Assembly: GCA_030295235.1 (NCBI GenBank)
Contig: AP026125.1
Coordinates: 1,116,001 to 1,180,000, forward strand
Direction: 5' to 3'
DNA from: Fistulifera solaris
Lineage: Eukaryota
DNA length: 64,000 bases
Shown here: positions 1-12,042 of the stretch, one piece after another
Layout: each line of letters opens with the position of its first letter
Position numbering within the stretch: position 1 is the first letter of the stretch
Notes under the pieces: model-generated
The model's database searches: none
What the model saw: only the letters and a program-made list of their open reading frames with translations
Told to the model about the DNA's origin: nothing
Made by a program: the position numbers and the translations under genes

Positions 1-1
1 G

Positions 2-592
2 GCCCAGAAAGACGTGGAAGGGGCCAGACTCGGCTTTCTATCTGTTGCTGTTCCACTAAACGGAAAACCCTATTTCACCGTTGATCAACTGCTGAAAACC
101 GCTATCGCTAGTACAATTGTTGATACGTTGGGGTTTGATAATCCGCGAGTATTTCTCGAACGAATCAACACCCAAACCACCGGTCGCTTACAGTTTTCTG
201 AGCTCATGATGGGATTGCATAAGTGCGCTGAAGAACTCTGTGCATTGGAAGACTGCAATGCAGCTCAAACGATCCAGCAGATTGTCGTTGATTTGGTGGA
301 GTTTCCTTCCGCGCTTCCTTCGGAGAAAGATGCTAAACGCCAGCGCTATTCTGAGCGCTACGATGACATGGTACACGCTTTTCGTCAATGGGAAGGACGC
401 ATGCCTGAGAATAGCCCCGATATGGGTCGGCGACAGGAGCGAATCATGGAGGTTGTTCAGGGATGTTTCAGAGGGGCAGAAAATAAGTACGTTGTGAACG
501 CACTCCGAATCCTGTACACCGACTATTCGGGCTTGCGCGTTGCTGGCGACCTTATCTTCGGAATTGTGTCGAAATTGATGAAAAATAGATGA
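2..592 (+). CDS. Hypothetical protein, C-terminal part (frame open from the window edge)
   Basis: Stop-free frame from position 2 to TGA at 590-592, with ordinary globular composition. No family recognised. Confidence 0.6.
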   Translation, partial: AQKDVEGARLGFLSVAVPLNGKPYFTVDQLLKTAIASTIVDTLGFDNPRVFLERINTQTTGRLQFSELMMGLHKCAEELCALEDCNAAQTIQQIVVDLVEFPSALPSEKDAKRQRYSERYDDMVHAFRQWEGRMPENSPDMGRRQERIMEVVQGCFRGAENKYVVNALRILYTDYSGLRVAGDLIFGIVSKLMKNR

Positions 593-1021
593 AGCGAGTA
601 CGTCCACTTAACCCAGCGATACAATGCGGCGAGAGTAACCCGCGATTGCGGTATTCTTGGCTTTTTAGTGGGGAATATTACTAAGCGTGCTTTCAATCCG
701 CAATGACCCTCTTGGACGCCAACTATGCGGGATTGTGCATGGTAAACGGGTTGGTATTCGTCAGGTGGAGAGAACGAACGAAACGCTTCCGCTGTCTTGG
801 TGGGGAGGGGATAACAGGCTCAAATCATCTACCATTTTGTTGCAGAAATTTGTTTCTCGATTGACCGCCTGTTCGGCACTGGCGACGGGATGCAGCGTCG
901 GCTGCTAGTAACGACAGCCTTTCGCCCCCATCTTTCATTGTCGACATAATCCTAACATAGTAAAACACTTTCTACAAAGCCCTAGGAGTACAAAAGAAAA
1001 ATGCAGATTTCAAATCCCGTT

Positions 1022-2358
1022 CTATATTGTTTGTCTATCGACTGTCCCTTTCATATCTGACGAATCGACGGGATGTAATGCGCTTGTTGCAGTAGGCGGT
1101 AAGGGGCTTGAGCTAGGCATATCCGGTGGTCCAGTTGTCCGCGGTGAGCTAGTAGGGACTATCATCCGATCCGATAACAGTAACTCATCTGGATGGGAGT
1201 GCGACACTGGTCCAATGGACATGGGGTTCACTTCACCTACAACCATGCTCTCTCCCATATAAGGCTCCGTAACGTAAGATTCGGGAAATCCCTGGATTCG
1301 AATATTGAGCCGCCGAAGAGTCATGAACTATGGCCAAACAGTGAGTATACTAGAGTTTGAAGTGGATACGAAAAACGACCGGTACATCTTACCTCATCTC
1401 TTTCCACTTGAACTGCAGCATTTCGAGTCTCGGGTGGTGGCTCATCCGGGCGGCGTTTCACTTTTGCTTGATAGGGACAGACATGTCCTTTCTTAGGAAC
1501 GCCACACTGTTTTGAATGCACGAATAAGCGGTAAGACCAAAGTGATCAAGGAAGCTATTACACCTGACATGTGCTGAATAAATCACTTACCCTTCCGCAT
1601 TTGTAACTACCTCGTCCTTTGTCTTTTCCGCTTTCCCCAGCAGAAGACTCAGCTCCATCCTCATCATAAAAGGATGGCTGCGAAGGCTGCTTAATAGTCA
1701 TTGTCGTCATGTAGCCCATTTCTTCGCCTCGACCCGGTGGATAAGGAGCCATCATATCCTGTCTAGGAGGACCTCGAGAAGACGATTTAGACCAGCCGTT
1801 CGGTGCGCTTGGATATACACGATTCGGTTGTTGCCAGTATCCTGGGGGAGCATCTCGGCGATAAGGCCCGGGAGGAATATGTGTCGGTGGACTGCCCCCC
1901 GGTGGAGGCCCGCCTGACCAGTATCGAGGCGCTGGACCTTCCATTTCATCTTCACGATGATTCGTTTTCGGTTTTCTACTTCGCGGATACGGACCGCTCC
2001 CAGATGGTGGCCAGCTGCCATGGTCCATGGTGGAGGTGTGCGGCTCGGAGGCCCGTAGCCGCCTACTTGTGCCCAATGAGGAGGTGGAGGCCCGCCAGGT
2101 ACTCCGGAAGGGCCGGGATGAGGATGTCCTGATCCAGGAGGACCTGAAGGACCTTGGCCATTGTACTGATGCGGCCAGGCGTAGCCAGGGAGGAGCGTGT
2201 GATCCGTACGGAGCGGAAGAATATCGTTGTTGTTGCGTTGGGTGAGGAGTCACATAAGGTGACGAACGGCGATCTTCTAACTGGTTGCCTTCCGGTCCCT
2301 TTAACCGCTTGTTCGATCTGTCACCCATTGAAGGAGACGAATCAGTCACTGTTGTCAT
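1022..2358 (-). CDS. Pro/Gly-rich protein with a Zn-knuckle-like CxxC-H-C motif (YKCGRCGVPKKGHVCPY), 3 exons
   Basis: ATG at 2358. GT-AG introns at ~1590-1510 and ~1392-1328 join GRGSYKCGR|CGVPKKGHVCPYQ...RDE|FMTLRRLNIRIQGFPESY. The Pro/Gly-rich reading appears to switch frame twice around 2030-2180. Confidence 0.7.
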
Positions 2359-3129
2359 ACGGAATAAAAAAAGGCCCAAACACTTGTGATTGAGGAGCAA
2401 AACACAAATCCTTTCACAAGCTCCGTAAAAATAGATGAATTTTGCAAACAACCACCGGATAGGCCACAACGAAAACCCACTTTGTAATCAATAAAGTTAT
2501 TGGTTACAGAATAGCTTGCAATGATAAGTAAAACTAAACGCAAGCTTGTTTTGTTTTCGTTTGAATTGATCTCCGCAATTGTCCCGTAAAACGCAACATC
2601 GTGGAAAAATCGACGTTGACGAAAACGGCTCGAACCGTTGGCGATCTTTGTATTATCCGGTTTTTCCGTTGAGCGCCTTTCAACAGACAAATTCGTCTGG
2701 CCTTCTTACGGTGACGTCTGTCCGCATACCGAGCCTGTCGTGGGCCCGTTGAAAGAGCGAGCCTTTGCAAAGTCCCTAAACGCGCCAGCCTGCCCTATGA
2801 CTACTTAAGGCCGATCTTCCGAATTTGTAAAGTGATCTGTAGAATGCATACGAGAATTCTATTTTATTTAGACGATGTGGCATCGCCAATCGCGAGCTGG
2901 CGTTGTTCTTTGCGTTCGTTTGGTAGTAGGGCGATTTCGTGCTTCACAAAACGTGCGCGTTCAAGCTTCCGATAGCCTCATCCAATCGCCTTTTTATCAA
3001 TCGCCAAAGAAAAGAGGTATCACCTTCTCATTATTCGAGCGATAACACCAAGCGGTTTTGCAGTTTTGTATCCACGCTTGGTTCATTTGATATTCATTCA
3101 TCTTGACTCTCGAGTAATTATTTCTCACC

Positions 3130-4780
3130 ATGTCAACGTTTCGGTCGTACGTTCCGATCAGAGACGCGTCGGCATCTTCTTCTAAGTTTCGCGGTGACAC
3201 GGCTCACGCAACTCAACGTCGTGGACGTGAAGCTTTTGATAGCAGTCCCAAGCAGCCTCGCCCGCGCAGCTTTGAGTGGCGGTCGTACCACAGGTCGTTC
3301 GAACGACTTGGTTCAAGGAGTCTACGATCGTCTCGGTGTCGCCCGAGGTAACAACACATCTTGGTCCAAAGGTCCGTCGGCGAAAAGTACTAGCGACGAT
3401 CTCGACCCCATCCTCGCCAGTGCACCGACACAAGAAGAGAACCATGTCAGCAGCAGCAGTTCTACTGGAGGTATTACGAACGGAAGAATGAATTTCGAGC
3501 GCAGTGCTTCATTCCATGATCGCCAAAAGAATTTTGAAAAGTCACAGCCTGGCGGAAGAGGCCGCAGCAATGAACCTACATGGTCCGAGGAAAATCGATC
3601 CAGATCGCTCTCTCGAGGTCGTGTCGCCGATAACTGGCCTCCGGCTCGTGAAGCGGAATCCACTGCCGCGAAGAAGCCATCGTGGCGAAGTGCCAATGGC
3701 GGCAGTGCCCACAACGTGAACACAACGACCGCTCATCGGTCTTTCAAAGGCACATCTTATCATTCTCCTACGCCAACTAACTCGTCGTCTCCCGTGCGCT
3801 TGAGTCCGGCCAAGAGCCCCAAGCATGTATCATCATCGCTCATGATGCCTTCGCTTGACAACGAAGCCAGCAAAGCAAAAGAAGGAGCGGATCAAACCGA
3901 GACTACCGAGAACAGTGACAGTAAGGAGGGTTTTGAATCAGTGCGAGAGCGCATGCGTCGTTATTCTGGAACTGGGGCGAAAACGTCGAGTTCTCGTTTC
4001 TCACGTCGCGATGGCAAGCAGTACGGTGCGAGCCTGTCCTCTCGTCAATTTCCTCCGAAAATTAACATTTACGGATCGAGTAAAGAGAATACTGATCACA
4101 CAGTCGGCGAAAATGATCTGGGTATTGCGGATGAGAAGAAAGATGACGATGCCGGAACCGATTACGAGGGTGCTGGGGCCGCGAGATATTCCTCTGCTCT
4201 CAGCCGCGCCAGCACTCACGCAAAGTCTCACCATTTCAATACCGATATCTCTCTAGGTAACAGCCACTTCAAATCAGGAAACAAGGTTGCAGACTCGTAT
4301 GTCTCATCCCTTCAAGCTTCACCCAAGCCTCAGGCAAAATCATTGAACGGAGAGAGTAAGCCCGCCGGTTACTCCGCACCAGTCACTGAAATTTCGACCC
4401 AACTGCAAGAAACCGGTATCGACAACGACGCACACTCCACTGCCATGTCTTCTGTGTCTCAAGATGACCTTCACATGCCCACTACACCGTCCACGAGACG
4501 CACTATGTGGAACGACAGAAATCGCGTGAAGGCCATTGCGCCAGGGCCTTCGGCAATGGATGCCGCACTTATCAACAAAATGATCGATGATCGAGTTCAG
4601 GCTCATATTGCCGATATGGAAACTCGTCTAGGTGCCCAGATGCGTCGCTTCATGCAGCAAATGGATGATAAGATTTTGGAACGGTTGGAAAAGATGGAGA
4701 ACAAGCTTCGCAGTCTTCAAGATGCAGTAGAAGGCAAGCGATCCATGGGGCGACTGGGACAGCCGATGCAGCGGCTTTAA
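3130..4780 (+). CDS. Ser-rich low-complexity protein with C-terminal coiled coil
   Basis: 528-aa ORF 3194-4780. The likely ATG at 3130 is in another frame (probable indel near 3260). The C-terminus is heptad-like (INKMIDDRVQAHIADMETRL...LEKMENKL). Confidence 0.6.
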
Positions 4781-5187
4781 CAACGAGGAATCCTCAACGA
4801 CAATTATGTAAAAGTGTTTTAAGTTTATGTATTGAAAAGAAAAGGGAAATTTTATTGAGCAGTATACTGTTTTTGAATGAATTGTTTGCAATGCGATGTT
4901 GGCTTCGTCCTTATGACTGCTGTATAGAGAACATTGACTTGACTTGTCGAAGGGAGAGGGAATTCGTAGCTTATCTTCATAGACCTAGTTTGCGCAAATT
5001 GAATGGAGAGATCGTATAGATTCCGTCTTTGAAATAGTAATTGTAGCAGTAGGGTACGCAGACGAGTGGAAGGCTGAGGGTTGGTAGCATTTGAGAAATC
5101 TTTAGTTTACACGGAACCTTCGTTGCGATTTGCGATGAGGTAAAAAGCGGGTCATACCTGGAAGGCGGTCGCTCCCCCGGAACGTCT

Positions 5188-6398
5188 TGGCATTAATATC
5201 TTGTGTTCTCTCGAAGACAACGAGTTCAACTAAGAGGACCATAGGTTCCTTTCCGTCCTATCATTCGGATTGACCAGCAACGTACATTTCAAACAAAAGC
5301 GATTAATGGGTAAATTCTTGGTAGATGCAGGTTCGTCGGATATAGGGTGTATTATTGGTAAACGGCCATCGGGTATTGGTTCTCTCTGTTGCACTGAAAC
5401 CAATACGAACATAAAGTGAACGTTGGCGTCGGAGGGCCAAATGTCATGCTAAGTCATGCTGTCGCTTCAAATCAATCCGGCTTGAATATTGAACCGGACA
5501 AATACTTGCTACACCTCTAGTCAAGCGGCTCGACAGCTATCGTTCCTGTCGCACTCCGCTTTGCCCAAGTTCCAAACACGCCTCTTAGTTCTCAGTATCA
5601 AATCTTTTTGTCTTCCTTGATCCGACCCGTTTGTTGTAAGCTCGCCCAAACAATCCCGTAGCTTGTTGTTTTGAAAAGTTGACAGAGCGCGGCTCCTTCA
5701 ATTTGCAATGTGTTCCTGACACAAACGACAAGCACCAATTCTTGCGGGCGGTATTACTTGATCGATCCACAATAAACTCAGTTGTCGAGGACGATCACCT
5801 CTACGCAAATATCAGATGGTGAAATTGCAGGAATCTCCCAGGGAAGTCTAAAAGCTCGATGAAAGCTGATTAATACGACATGTCGACTTTCTTTCATGCG
5901 ATCATGGTCACTTTCACGGGTCTCTGTCGACTCCATTTGACGGCAAGAGTGTCAAATTTTGCAGCATTAAACAGTAGATTGTGCGCTTTTCGCCTCGTAT
6001 CCGCCGTCATTTCACAGTATCGAGGGAGACTGATGATATTCATGTAAAGAAATGCCATGAAATGAAAGTTTTTCCGTCCCAAAATCGACCCTTGCGGTCG
6101 AATGAAGGTAATGCAAAGAATGAGCCAATAATCATGGGCATCCCCCTTGCATTTTGGAGCAAAAACTCACGGATTGGCACACTAGGATCGTAAAGTAGGC
6201 ATTCTGACGATATAATCTATATAAGTAGTCGCGTGCTCGGAGCGGTACTTCCAGAATGCGACATGTCGGAGCGTATATGAAAAATGTTGCTCAGGACACA
6301 CGGACAGACTGGACCCTCTTTTAGACTCGTGACCAAACTGCAAGATCGTGACTCGTATTGTTTGTACTATCTTATCTATAGTCGACGTCAGCATGCAG
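5188..6398 (-). ncRNA. Copy A of an unclassified ~1.2 kb conserved structured non-coding element
   Basis: The reverse complement aligns collinearly by eye with 26699-27855, with many identical 10-25 nt blocks. Hairpins are conserved and there is no conserved long ORF. Confidence 0.6.
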
Positions 6399-6617
6399 TG
6401 CTTTTGTGAGGGAAACGACGTTAAAATTCTGCCTCGCCGTAGGCTCCACGTAGAAACTTGTACTGAGAGGCAGAATTTTAACGTCCTTTCCGGATGAGAC
6501 GCGACGATGCGGCGCGGCGCAAAGAGTCGATACAATGAACATTTATGCTCATTGGGTTTATGTACAGTTGACCCGAAGATCTATTCGTACGACATAGAGC
6601 TCTTATTGCGTTACTGG

Positions 6618-7529
6618 ATGATGCGGGAAGCAAATCAAAACACTCAATTTCCATCGGGATTTCACGCCGTAATGCCTTTGGCCGAAGCTCCGCCTGTCAT
6701 GTATCAATACAACAATTCGTACCGACAGCCCGTCAATAATCCAAATTTTCTTACAAATGTGAGTCAACCTCCCCTATCGACGAGCATGCCGGTCACAAGT
6801 CAATGGAAGTGCATTCCTTGCGATTTAGTGCTCGAATCCAAGCCGGCACTGGAGCGACACACCGCGTCTCATGTGACTTGCACGGAATGCTCGTTCCAAG
6901 CAGCCCCGAAAGTAGTCAAAGCTCACCACCAAGCTCGACATGGTAAATTTGCCGGCAGCGGGTTCAAAAATGTCACGGTGGCTATTCCCGGGTGTCAAGT
7001 CCAGCGATTTCGAATTTGTGTCGGGAATCGACCCGAAGATATTACCGAATGGATTGCGGAGCGGAAACGAAGATTTCCCCGACGGACTCCTGCAGTTAAT
7101 GAAGAAAAGATAAAAGAGGAAGAGAGTGGCCTTTCAACATTGCTGGCTGGGTACGGTTCCTCAGACGATGATGCGTCGACGGCTGCAGAAATCCCACTAG
7201 CTGCATTTCAAGAAGAGGAACAATCAATTGCCACAGAACAACTCAAAGAGAATACTGAATCACCGAAAATGCTTCGCAAGCGTCCCTGTCGGTATTTTGT
7301 ACGCAACGGAACATGCCGAAATGGAGCTAATTGCACCTTTCTTCACGAGCTACCTTCTCCAGTCACCCCGAACGACGCTTCGCGCAACAAACCAGCCAAA
7401 CGACCGAAACAAGAGTTGACCCTGCTGGAACGACTGTTGCAAAATGACAAAAAGCGAGAAAATGCACTGGTGTTGCAGCTTATAGATTTTATTGTGGAGA
7501 ATAATTTCCTCCAGAGTGATCCATGCTAG
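6618..7529 (+). CDS. NUFIP1: NUFIP1/Rsa1-like box C/D snoRNP assembly factor with C2H2 and CCCH zinc fingers
   Basis: Two C2H2-like fingers (CIPC...H, CTEC...H), the NUFIP1-like motif PEDITEWIAERKRRFP, a CCCH finger CRYFVRNGTCRNGANCTFLH, and the C-terminal LLERLL...LQLIDFIVENNFL typical of this family. Confidence 0.75.
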   Translation: MMREANQNTQFPSGFHAVMPLAEAPPVMYQYNNSYRQPVNNPNFLTNVSQPPLSTSMPVTSQWKCIPCDLVLESKPALERHTASHVTCTECSFQAAPKVVKAHHQARHGKFAGSGFKNVTVAIPGCQVQRFRICVGNRPEDITEWIAERKRRFPRRTPAVNEEKIKEEESGLSTLLAGYGSSDDDASTAAEIPLAAFQEEEQSIATEQLKENTESPKMLRKRPCRYFVRNGTCRNGANCTFLHELPSPVTPNDASRNKPAKRPKQELTLLERLLQNDKKRENALVLQLIDFIVENNFLQSDPC

Positions 7530-7542
7530 TGGAAATATGGTG

Positions 7543-8622
7543 TTATGTACTAAGTCCTTCCGTGACGGGCATTCTTGAAACACTGTCCGTGAGACACCGA
7601 ATGGTGCTCATTTTCTGACCATTCGTTAGCGACGTATTTTCAAGAACTGCCAGAATTAATTTGGAAAGCTGTGTCTGTTTGCGCGGACCGTGGCTCATTT
7701 TCGTAGCTAACTTGGAACGTAGAATCTTCAAAATGTTTCCGATATCTACCTCTTGTTTGCTAGACAACGACCTTGATTCATCTTCGCTACTTTCAGATCG
7801 TTGCCGCTTGTATGATCTCTGATCAAGCTCCGTTTTGCTTTCCTCCATCTCCGCCTCGATAGACAGCCCTGACATCTGTAGCCACCTGTCAAAGTAAGTG
7901 CCTGACAATGCCTCTTTCATGTGCTCTAGAACACTAAGTCTTTCCGCTCCGTGTAAGTTTTCCAACGCAAGATCCAGGATATTCGCCATGGTAGCCGCTG
8001 ATCTCCTTCCCATGATTTGTCCGATTAAGTCGTTTACCTCGGATACAGAGAGCTTCTCTTTGACAATCGGAATGTAGTATGTCTCTTCTTTGTCAAGGTG
8101 ACCCTTTAAGTGCTGCAACAATGCGCAAGTCTTGACCTCCAAATCCCGTGCGAGACGCTGGAATGCATCCGATGAGATCTTGTTCGTGTCAATTGCCTCT
8201 CTTACTTGCAGTAACAACTGGTTGATTTGTACAAATTTCTGTTGTTCTTCTGCGTGTTCCTTCTTGTACGACGATTCTTCTCTGATATATCTAATTGATT
8301 TTAAATGACTCGATGATGAAACTGGATCATCTTTAGAAGGGAAATAACCCGTAGCTTCCACCGCAGGCCACAGAAACTCATCTTCTGCCGAAGAATGTGC
8401 TTGGAAGACACTCCATATGATCTGAAATCGTCCGTAAATTTTTCGAGAAAGGATCCGTAACTCGGAGAGTGTCGCAGTCTTCCGTTCCGCACAGTGCCTG
8501 AAACACTCGACTTCTCTCAGCAATGCCTGGAGGGAAGTGCGGAGGCAGTCATGCAAGTGAAGCATTTCGATCAAGGAACAGTCCTCGGTGTTGCCCATTT
8601 CGTTCGGATGATTAGTAGACAT
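7543..8622 (-). CDS. Hemerythrin (HHE) domain protein resembling the N-terminus of BRUTUS-type proteins
   Basis: HLHDCLR, HSSAEDEFLWP, HAEE and HLDKEETYYIP His/Glu ligand motifs. Confidence 0.75.
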   Translation of the reverse strand: MSTNHPNEMGNTEDCSLIEMLHLHDCLRTSLQALLREVECFRHCAERKTATLSELRILSRKIYGRFQIIWSVFQAHSSAEDEFLWPAVEATGYFPSKDDPVSSSSHLKSIRYIREESSYKKEHAEEQQKFVQINQLLLQVREAIDTNKISSDAFQRLARDLEVKTCALLQHLKGHLDKEETYYIPIVKEKLSVSEVNDLIGQIMGRRSAATMANILDLALENLHGAERLSVLEHMKEALSGTYFDRWLQMSGLSIEAEMEESKTELDQRSYKRQRSESSEDESRSLSSKQEVDIGNILKILRSKLATKMSHGPRKQTQLSKLILAVLENTSLTNGQKMSTIRCLTDSVSRMPVTEGLST

Positions 8623-9109
8623 TGCGGCGAAAGCTTAGTTCGACCAAACAAATGAAACGCTGTGATACTATTGCAAGTAATAGCTTCTAATGTGCGAATC
8701 TCGGTGACCCGGCAACAATAATAAGGCAATAATACAAATGAGAATATTGTAAGAATGAGGCCCAAGTTCGCGTTTTGTGTTCGAAGAAAATGTGGCACGA
8801 GATCGACACGCGCGTGAAGCGTGCAAAAATGCGACGTTCGGTACCGTACACGACTCACTGAGAATGCCAGTCACGGCTGCCCAACAGAAAGTCTCAACTC
8901 ACTCTATAGAGCTCAATGTCTTCGGTAGTGTACTGTGGGATTGAAAGTTACTCCGTAGTATATAGGGAATTGAGTGACGGATGGACATACGATTATTCGT
9001 TTGGTCGCCGTTTCTTGCACGCTGCGAAAATAAACGCAGGTCATCGTCACATTCGCATTGATGTTGCTTTTCACGCGTTAATAATACTGTTGCATCTACT
9101 AGAGCTTTC

Positions 9110-9871
9110 ATGTTCTTTTCACCGGTCTCGTCAAGCTCTCCGGTCGAACTGACATTGGCCTCAAAAATTGCGGCTGTTTTGGTTGCCAGCATTTTATTGC
9201 ACGGCTTCTTGTTTCATGGCTCGGGGTGGAAATCACGTTTTTATCAAGTTCCTGGATCAAACTTACTTGCTGTGAAGGTCTTAATACTTACCGAGGCTTT
9301 GTGCATTGACTGCAAACAATTTGTAAACGGACAGCTCTCGGAAGTATACAATGCTTTGGGCCCGTCCGTCATGGATCTGCAAATTGTACCGTTTGGTAAC
9401 GCCAAGTTTGTCCACGTAGATGGTGCCGAACGGGGCGACAAACCGGTATTGCAATGTCAACACGGGGTTGCGGAATGCGATGGCAATATTTACGAGCAAT
9501 GCGTTGTCATGCAGCTCTACCCTTATCCGCAGCGGTACCTACCGTTCCTTCGTTGCCTTTATGTCGAATTACCTATGGGTCACAGCGATCAGCTACTGGA
9601 CAGAGATGTTATTGCAAATTGTTCGACAGCCTCAGATTTGAATTGGGAAGCAATAGCAGCCTGTCACGACGACGAGAAACAGGTGGCGCTACTTCAGAAA
9701 AGAGCAAAGTCACAGACTCCGAGCTATCACAAGGGTGTGCCTTGGGTCGAAGTGAATGGTCGGCATGTTGAAATAACGGACGATGGATCTTCCTTGCTCA
9801 GAGCTGTGTGTAGGGCTTTTATCTCCAATGGTGGCACTCATCCTTCCTGTTCATCGAGTCTTGTTGTCTAG
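9110..9871 (+). CDS. GILT (gamma-interferon-inducible lysosomal thiol reductase) family protein
   Basis: EALCIDC CxxC active site, PFGNA, CQHGxxEC signature and VPWV; hydrophobic N-terminus. Confidence 0.85.
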   Translation: MFFSPVSSSSPVELTLASKIAAVLVASILLHGFLFHGSGWKSRFYQVPGSNLLAVKVLILTEALCIDCKQFVNGQLSEVYNALGPSVMDLQIVPFGNAKFVHVDGAERGDKPVLQCQHGVAECDGNIYEQCVVMQLYPYPQRYLPFLRCLYVELPMGHSDQLLDRDVIANCSTASDLNWEAIAACHDDEKQVALLQKRAKSQTPSYHKGVPWVEVNGRHVEITDDGSSLLRAVCRAFISNGGTHPSCSSSLVV

Positions 9872-9958
9872 GTCATTTGTTCGTTACTTACGTAAATTAG
9901 TTTTGTACCATATTCAAAGAAGTAATGTTTAACGGGTACTAAAACACATCACTCTTAT

Positions 9959-10754
9959 TTATAGTTGAGATTCTTCGCCTTCGGCGTGGCAAATGGATAG
10001 TTTTTCGGTCGGCTCGTTTGCGGTTCGAGGGGTAGAGAACTGCGCACAAGCGGGATGAGAGCCACCCTTTTTGATATAAGCAGCACAAACTGCTTCAAGA
10101 AAAGAGTCGTCACTTTCCATTTCGGCGTGGGCACCTTCGATCTCCACCCAAGGAACGTACTGATGATCCTTGGATGTCAATGCATATGCGATTTGTTGCA
10201 GTGCTGTCGCTCTAGTCGGATCGTCATGACAAGCGGCAATCGCATTCCAGTCCAGCGCTGATTTCTTGGCACACGACGCATAGATGCTTCGGTCGATGAG
10301 CTCGTCACTGTATGCCATCGGTAGCTCATCGTAAAGACAATGGATAAACGGAAGATAGCGCTGCGGGTAGGGATAAAGATGCAAGGATACGCACTGTTCG
10401 AAGGAATTTGCATCGCATTCCGCCTCACCGTGCTGACATTCTAGCACAGTTTCGTTAGGGTCGTCTTCACTGGCGACATAGCGCGCGTTGCCGAAGGGAA
10501 TGACCTGTAGTTCGATGACCGTGGCTCCGAGAAGCTCGTATGCGGGTGCCAGCGATTTTTGGACAAATTCTTTACATCCAGAACACAATGCTTCATCAAG
10601 AACCTTGACTTTCACCGGTGCAGCAGCCCGCACTGGCACGTGTTCTTCTTGGTGCTTTCGGAGCATGTTGTCTGCCGACACGAGCGTATCTTGGAAGGGA
10701 AGAGAATGCCGCAATGAACGGGAACGATTTCGTAAGGGCGCGCATCGTAGGCAT
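9959..10754 (-). CDS. GILT family protein (paralogue, convergent)
   Basis: EALCSGC, PFGNA, CQHGEAEC and YVPWV. A signal-peptide ATG at 10754/10745 is out of frame by a probable indel. Confidence 0.85.
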
Positions 10755-10884
10755 GTTGATATTTTATATCAGGTTCTCGTGAAACTAAGCTCGTTTGTGT
10801 TATTCTCCCTCCTTGAAAATAAAAGGACAAATAAGATACACGGCCGAACAAAAAGGCGTCAACAAAAAAAGAATAATCATTGCC

Positions 10885-11012
10885 ACTCACCCAGGTTTTC
10901 TGGGAGTGTGAAAATACTACTGGTCCAGATTTTCTGGACCACGTGTAAACACCAATCACCCAGATTTCCTGGGAACGTGAGAATTACGACTGGTCCAGAT
11001 TTTCTGGACCAC
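10885..11012. repeat. Two ~70-bp units with palindromic TGGTCCAGATTTTCTGGACCA and CCCAGRTTTYCTGGG cores
   Basis: A direct repeat is visible at 10887/10956 and 10920/10990. The core matches the arrays at 33 kb, 34.5 kb and 55 kb. Confidence 0.75.
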
Positions 11013-11113
11013 TTGTACTGCAAATTTATCGCTTATTGGGGAAAGTGATTTCACGACGCGGCAGAAGAAAAATAATAATAGTCTTTCACTAAGAACAATG
11101 AATGAGCTCATGA

Positions 11114-11785
11114 ATGCAGATTCAAGTTCCAGGGGCCGTCGCCGTAACAGCTTTTTTCAACGCCTTGGGGCGAGCTTCCACCGGTGGGTATATTTATGTG
11201 GGCCGTAATGGCGGCAGCGTCTCAACACCAGTAACTCATCCGATGCTTATTATCAGATCCGGTGGCGATCGTGGAGCCGATATTGCCACTCTTCGGGGAA
11301 ATCAGGCAGACTTCGAAGGGCAGGGATCGATTTCAAGAGTTGCTACAGGCTGCGGGTGTTTTGGCCGATCCGATGCTAAGGAACAGCGAACGCTCCTTAT
11401 CAAAGGTCCATTCTGTTTTGTGTATGATATGAAGAACGACTCTTCTCCTTTGTTTGCAGTAAGTCTCCACCGCATCAAAGCCAAGACAGTGAGTCTAAAT
11501 CATGTGCAGCTTTGTACAACACTTGGTGATGTTGAATATGATATCTTCTTCAAAGATACAAATTTCGTCCCAGTCTTTATTGAAGAAGTAGCAAAACAAT
11601 CGTCGATTTCGCAATCGGAGGAAATTCGACGCCAGTTGGGACATGACAATCTGATAAACAAGCGTGCATCGTTACGATTTGCCGAAAGTGTTGCTAAGAC
11701 CAAGGTTAAGGAGCAACCTGATGCGCCACCCAACAAGGCAGCCATCAACGATGCCATGAGGACCCTCGCTCCAGTAGGATACTAG
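11114..11785 (+). CDS. Hypothetical protein, possible PH-like fold
   Basis: 223-aa ORF with the beta-rich segment RTLLIKGPFCFVY...PLFAVSL. Confidence 0.6.
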   Translation: MQIQVPGAVAVTAFFNALGRASTGGYIYVGRNGGSVSTPVTHPMLIIRSGGDRGADIATLRGNQADFEGQGSISRVATGCGCFGRSDAKEQRTLLIKGPFCFVYDMKNDSSPLFAVSLHRIKAKTVSLNHVQLCTTLGDVEYDIFFKDTNFVPVFIEEVAKQSSISQSEEIRRQLGHDNLINKRASLRFAESVAKTKVKEQPDAPPNKAAINDAMRTLAPVGY

Positions 11786-12042
11786 AGACCTTACATTCAA
11801 CGGAAGCAATAAAAAAGTCTTGAAAAATGTGGCTTCATATCTCAACGCGATGACCTGGTGTCCGTGTCGGTGCTACCAAATATTCTACCCGAAAGAATGA
11901 AAAGGTAAATCTAGTGCTTATCTGAGCTTTCGCTCGTGCTTTGTTGCCAAAGGAGACCGTCAATACTACTTGAAATGTTAACGAATACACTTGGAATACA
12001 TGTTAACAGGTAGTCGCTCAAAAATCAAAACAATCGCTCTAA

